In this document: in pieces, positions 58,974 through 64,000 of the stretch | How positions within the stretch are numbered: position 1 is the first letter of the stretch | Layout: each line of letters begins with the position of its first letter | Origin: Candidatus Doudnabacteria bacterium | Lineage (GTDB): Bacteria; Patescibacteriota; Doudnabacteria; UBA920 | DNA length: 64,000 bases | Direction: 5' to 3' | Assembly: GCA_016788665.1 (NCBI GenBank) | Contig: JAEUSF010000005.1 | Span: 13,079 to 77,078, forward strand | The notes under the pieces: model-generated | What the model was told of the DNA's origin: nothing | The model's database searches: none | Seen by the model: the letters and a program-made list of their open reading frames with translations, nothing else | Position numbers and translations under genes: made by a program

Positions 58974-61256
58974 ATGGAAAATATAGAGAAAATTTTACAA
59001 GAACTCTATCAATTGGACCCCGGTTTAAAAACCAACGAAGTGAATTTAAAGAAAATTTTAGCAGAAATTATTCAAAGCCAGCCCACAGTAGAAATTGATC
59101 CGGTTTTTATAAGCCGTTTAAAACTTGAACTTTCAAAAAAGGCAAATGTAAAAACCAAGGAATTTAACTGGAGAAAGTACTTTAAAAGTTTTAACCTAGT
59201 TTATCCAGCTGCAGCCTTCGCAGTTGTAGCAATAATCTTCGTGAGTTTTAGGTCGGGACAAAATAACATAACCGAAAAAAAATACCAAACCGCAGAACAA
59301 CCTACCGACAGCTTTTCAGCTTTGAATCTTGAGCAACAAAAAGAGCAAGGAAAAAACCTATTGGCTTTTACCTCAAAAGATGACTTTATAAAATTCCTAG
59401 AAAACGGCCAGGGCACAACCTCTTCTTACGGACGAGGAGGTGGAATGGGCACAACAGCGAGCGCTCCAATGGCGACTGACTCTTTCGCAAATGCGGAAAA
59501 TAAAATGGCTCTGCCAGTTGCAGAACAAAATTCAAGCGAAAACAGATACTCTTCTACCAATGTGCAAGTTTCCGGCATAGACGAACCTGATATAGTTAAA
59601 ACCGACGGTGAAAATTTATTTATTTCAGAAGAAAGCCCCTACTATTTCTACGACGCACAGCCAATGCCAATGGGAACCATTGAAAATGGACGCGCCTTTT
59701 CCACAGACGAAGCTAAATTCGCTCCTACTTATATTCAACCATCTCAAACGACCAATGTTATAAAGGCCTTCCCTGCGGAAGAGCTTAAAAAAATCGGTAA
59801 AATCGACAAACAAGGTAACTTGCTTTTAACCAACAACGTTTTAGTTATTTTTACCTATACAGGTATATATGGCTACGACGTAAAAAACGCAGAAAATCCC
59901 AAAGAATTATGGTACCTAAAATACGAAAACAACAGCCAACTTGTGTCCGCACGGCTTAAAGGCGGAAGGGTTTATTTCGTCACTCAAAACGCCATTAACT
60001 TTACCGAACCTTGCCCAATAAGACCTCTTTCCTTAAATGGTAAAACCCTGGAAATCTCCTGTCCGAATATTTATCACCCAATTGCCCCAATCTCCGACTC
60101 CGTTACCTATAATACTTTTGACTTAGACCCAAAAAATGGTGAGGTAAAGAATAAAATTTCTATTGTCGGCTCTTATGCTTCCACAATTTATATGTCAGAA
60201 GAAAACCTGTATTTAACATATGGAATTTCGCCGGACAGCTTAGCCTTAATGATAGATTTTATTGGAAACTACGCCAAAGACTTATTCCCCGGCCCTTTAC
60301 TAGATAAACTTACTAAGCTCCAGACATACGATATTTCCAACAGTTCTAAAGTTAACGAAATGGCCCAAATTCTGGAAAAATACTACCAAGGACTAAACTC
60401 GGACGAGCGCCTTAAAAAAGAAAATGAAGTTTCCAATAAAATGAGCGCGTATGCAAAACAGAACCAGAGAAAACTTTACTCCACCGGTATTGCTAAAATA
60501 AAACTTAATAATTTAAGTTTGGAAAAAACCGGACAAATCCCAGGCACGCTTTTAAATCAGTTTTCTCTGGATGAATACCAAGGTAATTTAAGAGTCGCTT
60601 CAACCATTGGCAACAGCGGTTTTTGGTGGGGTTACGGCTTTAATGCCAATATTGAAAGTGTAAATGACCTATACATTTTAAATGGCAATTTGGATACTAT
60701 TTCCAATATTTCTGACCTAGGCAAAAATGAAACCATTTACTCCGTACGTTTTGTTAATGACAAAGCCTACGTGGTAACTTTTAGACAAACCGATCCGTTT
60801 TACGTACTGGACTTAAAAGACCCAAAAAACCCTAAAACCGCGGGCGAATTAAAAATCCCTGGCTTTAGCTCTTATCTGCACCCATTAGAAGAAAATTTAA
60901 TTTTAGGAATTGGTCAAGAAAACGGGCAAGTTAAACTTTCCTTGTTCGATGTTTCAAACCCACAAAATCCAAAAGAAGCGGATAAATACCTACTTAAAGA
61001 ATATTGGTCTGAAGCCCAAAACAACCACCATGCATTCCTGCAAGACCCCAAGCACGGCATATTCTTTTTACCAGCCGGAGGCAACGGATATATCTTCTCC
61101 TATAAAAATACCAAACTAGGTTTAGAGAAAGCCATCTCTTCTCTTTCAGCCAAACGCGCAATATTTATAGAAGATATGTTGTATGTTATTGGCAACCAAA
61201 AAATTTCTGTTTTAGACGAAAAAACTTGGGAAAAAGTGAAAGAAATTAGTTACTAA
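58974..61256 (+). CDS. transmembrane beta-propeller (Beta_propel-like) protein; candidate anti-sigma/sensor
   Basis: About 85-aa cytoplasmic N-terminus, a single TM (YPAAAFAVVAIIFVSF), then an extracytoplasmic domain beginning NVQVSGIDEPDIVKTDGENLFI, which is typical of PF09826. Confidence 0.6.
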   Translation: MENIEKILQELYQLDPGLKTNEVNLKKILAEIIQSQPTVEIDPVFISRLKLELSKKANVKTKEFNWRKYFKSFNLVYPAAAFAVVAIIFVSFRSGQNNITEKKYQTAEQPTDSFSALNLEQQKEQGKNLLAFTSKDDFIKFLENGQGTTSSYGRGGGMGTTASAPMATDSFANAENKMALPVAEQNSSENRYSSTNVQVSGIDEPDIVKTDGENLFISEESPYYFYDAQPMPMGTIENGRAFSTDEAKFAPTYIQPSQTTNVIKAFPAEELKKIGKIDKQGNLLLTNNVLVIFTYTGIYGYDVKNAENPKELWYLKYENNSQLVSARLKGGRVYFVTQNAINFTEPCPIRPLSLNGKTLEISCPNIYHPIAPISDSVTYNTFDLDPKNGEVKNKISIVGSYASTIYMSEENLYLTYGISPDSLALMIDFIGNYAKDLFPGPLLDKLTKLQTYDISNSSKVNEMAQILEKYYQGLNSDERLKKENEVSNKMSAYAKQNQRKLYSTGIAKIKLNNLSLEKTGQIPGTLLNQFSLDEYQGNLRVASTIGNSGFWWGYGFNANIESVNDLYILNGNLDTISNISDLGKNETIYSVRFVNDKAYVVTFRQTDPFYVLDLKDPKNPKTAGELKIPGFSSYLHPLEENLILGIGQENGQVKLSLFDVSNPQNPKEADKYLLKEYWSEAQNNHHAFLQDPKHGIFFLPAGGNGYIFSYKNTKLGLEKAISSLSAKRAIFIEDMLYVIGNQKISVLDEKTWEKVKEISY

Positions 61257-61425
61257 CTAGTAGCAAGCCTTTCAACCACAAGCTCAAGCCCGAAAGGTAG
61301 CAGATAGCAAAAAAACAGTCCTCTTAAACAAGGACTGTTTTTTTTGACAATTAAAATTTTCGCAACCCACTCATCCTGCCGACTAATTCGGGATAAATAA
61401 CCGTCATTTTCGATACTCACCGCAC

Positions 61426-62529
61426 TCAAATATTCCCCTTACCTACCGCCTCACTTATATTTTTAAAACCGTCCCGCTTTAAGAGCTCAACTACCCCGCT
61501 ATTTATTTCAGAAATGACCTGTGGCCCTTGGTACACCATACCAGTGACAAGCTGCAAAAGTGACGCGCCTAGAAGAATTTTTTTATAAGCATCTTCGGGG
61601 GTAAATATTCCACCACAGCCAATAAGTATTTTTTTTCCAATTGTGTATTGGTAAACATACGCAAGCAGCCTGTTAGACTCTTCAAATACAGCTTTTCCGG
61701 AAAACCCGCCCTTGCCTTCATGACCAGACTTATTTGCCTTAGTTAAATTAGAGCACACAAAACCGTCGACCGGATATTTTAAGCATACATTTAAAATACT
61801 GTCTAAATTTTCATTAGCCAAATCGGGCGAAAGTTTTACAAACACCGGCTTAGTTTTTGGTACAGAAAAAATTGCCTTGAGTAAAACTTCCAAATTTTCC
61901 GCTCTGGCAAAAATTGGAAAATCTTCGCAGGTATTTGGACAACTTATGTTTATGGTTACATAACTACCCAAGTCGTTAAGCTTTTTATAAGTATACAAGT
62001 AGTCCTCTACTCCATTTTCCACTACTGATGTTTTGGGGTTGTTGGTTTTTGCAATACTTATACCAACAGGAAATTCTGTTTTGATACTTTTTAAATGATT
62101 ATAAACACTGTCCGCTCCGCTACTTTTAAGCCCGTAGTTCACCCTTAAAGCTTTTTGTTCGGGCAGCCTGTATAATCTTTTACCGCTATTACCCTCGTAC
62201 CGTTCTTTTGTTATAGAACCAACCTCTTCAAAACCAAAACCAACTTTAGGTAGAATACTTACTAACTTAGCTTCTTTGTCAAAACCCGCAGCCAAACCAA
62301 CCGGATTTTTAAAATCAATTCCAAGTATGTTTTGTTCAAGCTTTGGGTGCCAATAGTTAAAAGCTAAGGAAGTTAACTCTCTGGTAAGTAAATTACCGCC
62401 CAAAAAACTTCCAACTTGCGTCATTTTGTCATGCACCTTTTCCGGATCTTGGGCAAAAAAAACAGGCTTTAGAACATTTCTATATGCCGCTCCTAAAATT
62501 TTGTTTCGAATTGTTATCAGGCTATTCAT
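61426..62529 (-). CDS. pyrD: dihydroorotate dehydrogenase (quinone), class 2
   Basis: NPVGLAAGFDK, GFGFEEVGSIT, RLYRLPE, NISCPNT, GCGGI. Confidence 0.85.
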   Translation of the reverse strand: MNSLITIRNKILGAAYRNVLKPVFFAQDPEKVHDKMTQVGSFLGGNLLTRELTSLAFNYWHPKLEQNILGIDFKNPVGLAAGFDKEAKLVSILPKVGFGFEEVGSITKERYEGNSGKRLYRLPEQKALRVNYGLKSSGADSVYNHLKSIKTEFPVGISIAKTNNPKTSVVENGVEDYLYTYKKLNDLGSYVTINISCPNTCEDFPIFARAENLEVLLKAIFSVPKTKPVFVKLSPDLANENLDSILNVCLKYPVDGFVCSNLTKANKSGHEGKGGFSGKAVFEESNRLLAYVYQYTIGKKILIGCGGIFTPEDAYKKILLGASLLQLVTGMVYQGPQVISEINSGVVELLKRDGFKNISEAVGKGNI

Positions 62530-62615
62530 ATATTTATTATATGCCTTTTAAAAAACATTGCAAAACTTAACAAAACTAAGTAAAATTACCAGGTAACCAT
62601 TACTTAAATTCAACC

Positions 62616-63539
62616 ATGAAGAATCAATTCATTACCATTGGCCTTATGCAAACAAAAGTTTCGCCAGATATAAAAGCCAATGTTGAAAAAACTTTAAAGA
62701 TGATTGCCGAGGCGGCAAAAAAAGGCGCAAGAATTATTGCCATGCAGGAGCTATTTCAGACTCCGTATTTTCCCCAATGGGAAAAACAGAAGAAAGACGA
62801 CTTTGCCGAAAGCCTAAACGGCTATACAGTAAGCGAAATGCAAAAGGCTGCCAAAAAGTTTAAAGTAACTTTAGTTGTGCCTATTTACGAACGCAAAGCT
62901 GGCAAATACTTAAATACAGCAATTATCGTAACCAAAGAAGGTAAAATTGCAGGGCAATACCATAAAGTCCATATCCCCCACGACCCAGGCTTTTACGAAA
63001 AAGAATATTTTGAACATGGACAGGAAGGCTATAAAATTTTTACCGCCGAGGGTGTAAAGTTTGCTGTATTAATTTGCTACGACCAATGGTTCCCGGAAGC
63101 TGCCAGGGAGGCCAGGCTTGCAGGAGCACAAATTATTTTTTACCCAACCGCCATAGGGCACATAGTCAACTACAACGCCGAAGGTGACTGGCACGACGCC
63201 TGGGAAACCATTCAAAGGAGCCATGCTATTGCCAACAGCGTCTATGTAGCAGCTATTAACCGCACTGGCCGAGAAGGCAAAATGCAGTTTTGGGGACAGT
63301 CTTTTATTTCTGACCCCTTTGGAAAAATTTTAAAACGCGCTTCCGAAGACAAAGAAGAAGTTATTGTACAAAAACTCGACCTAGAAAGAAATGAATTCTA
63401 CAGTGAGGGCTGGGGTTTTCTTAGAAACCGAAGACCTGACACCTACAAAAATTTGGTGAGCGATAAACTCATAAAAAAATCCAAGACTCTACAAAATGTT
63501 GCGCATTATAAGCAAATGAAAAAAGCGCTTGAAAAATAA
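62616..63539 (+). CDS. aguB: carbon-nitrogen hydrolase, N-carbamoylputrescine amidase-like
   Basis: MQELFQTPYFPQ, catalytic Cys in VLICYDQWFPE. The adjacent aguA supports the call. Confidence 0.7.
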   Translation: MKNQFITIGLMQTKVSPDIKANVEKTLKMIAEAAKKGARIIAMQELFQTPYFPQWEKQKKDDFAESLNGYTVSEMQKAAKKFKVTLVVPIYERKAGKYLNTAIIVTKEGKIAGQYHKVHIPHDPGFYEKEYFEHGQEGYKIFTAEGVKFAVLICYDQWFPEAAREARLAGAQIIFYPTAIGHIVNYNAEGDWHDAWETIQRSHAIANSVYVAAINRTGREGKMQFWGQSFISDPFGKILKRASEDKEEVIVQKLDLERNEFYSEGWGFLRNRRPDTYKNLVSDKLIKKSKTLQNVAHYKQMKKALEK

Positions 63540-63722
63540 CTCCGATCCTAATCTACAGATATTATTCGAATCTACCTGCCCGACTTTGCTACGTCTAGAA
63601 AATTTTTAATAATATAGCTATGTCGTGACGGGCGGGCGCATAACTGCAAATAAGCAGCATAGGTAGATATCTGTAGATTCGGATTGCGGCTCCCGCAAAT
63701 CCGGATCGGAATAATAATTACT

Positions 63723-64000
63723 ATGCCTAACCATATCTTTCCTGCCGAATGGGAAAAACACTCTGCTGTCTGGCTTGCCTGGCAACATGACGAAATATCT
63801 TTTCCTGGGCGCGTCGAAAAAGTTGAAAATTCTATGACCGAGTTTATAAAAGCCGTACACACCAGTGAAATGGTGAATCTTTTGGTATTGGACGAAAAAA
63901 TGAAAGAAAAAGCACAAACTAAACTTAAAAGTGCGGGTGTAGACTTATTGCGAGTAAACTTTAAAATAACCGAATACATGGATGCCTGGATGCGCGACAC
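63723..64000 (+). CDS. aguA: agmatine deiminase, 5' partial (runs off the window)
   Basis: MPNHIFPAEWEKHSAVWLAWQHDEISFPG...DAWMRD. Open to the window end. This ORF is not in the supplied ORF track. Confidence 0.75.
   Translation, partial: MPNHIFPAEWEKHSAVWLAWQHDEISFPGRVEKVENSMTEFIKAVHTSEMVNLLVLDEKMKEKAQTKLKSAGVDLLRVNFKITEYMDAWMRD

Noticed and set aside
63572-64000. Minus-strand ORFs 63572..64000 and 63618..63917
   Set aside because: The plus-strand frame from the ATG at 63723 encodes an unmistakable agmatine deiminase N-terminus (PAEWEKHSAVWLAWQHDE...DAWMRD). The minus-strand ORFs are its antisense.
1-64000. CRISPR arrays, integrases, transposases, toxin-antitoxin pairs, restriction-modification genes
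   Set aside because: No regularly spaced direct repeats, no recombinase or transposase motifs (tyrosine-recombinase R-H-R-Y, DDE) and no typical defence-system ATPases or nucleases were recognisable by eye anywhere in the window.

Overview
This is a low-GC bacterial chromosomal segment, about 38-40% GC judged by eye. It uses Shine-Dalgarno ribosome-binding sites and has many hairpin-plus-T-run terminators, so the style is Firmicute or CPR/Patescibacteria-like. No integrase, transposase or CRISPR array is visible.

The content in order is:
- Small stress and detoxification genes at the left end: TspO, NUDIX, DinB, YciE/DUF892, DUF1801 and a truncated GNAT acetyltransferase.
- A competence-pseudopilus-like type IV pilus locus: a divergently oriented pilin gene, then a single-domain receiver whose stop overlaps the PilB ATPase start, then PilC and four prepilin-type pseudopilins, followed by a large multi-TM/PAS histidine kinase.
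- A roughly 52% GC three-gene block at 19878-22113, plus single GC-rich genes at 9719-10150, 25417-25860 and 54959-55762, all in a ~38% GC background. A 34-bp perfect palindrome and a 25-bp direct repeat each occur twice.
- A tRNA-Asn(GTT) with tRNA-fragment scars on both sides, followed by a copper-homeostasis island. The island has a CsoR-family repressor with a textbook operator inside a TTGACA-17-TATACT promoter, a Cys/His-rich membrane protein, an HMA-permease-cupredoxin fusion, a CopZ-like protein, and a CopA P-type ATPase with an extra transmembrane helix and a ~330-aa tandem-repeat C-terminal extension.
- A lone hisI preceded by a his-attenuator-like leader.
- Two divergent giant beta-helix/PA14 surface proteins, one with NPCBM and peptidoglycan-binding domains.
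- MscL with a zinc-ribbon tail, TrhO, an HtrA-like protease, and an ABC-2 exporter.
- Two more two-component modules, one carrying a DHp-only histidine-kinase remnant.
- An ECF sigma factor with a transmembrane beta-propeller protein.
- pyrD, and aguB with the 5' end of aguA at the window edge.

Everything is read directly from the sequence and the ORF track. Family assignments rest on motifs I could see; no database search was possible. Coordinates of small features are hand-counted and may be off by a few nucleotides.
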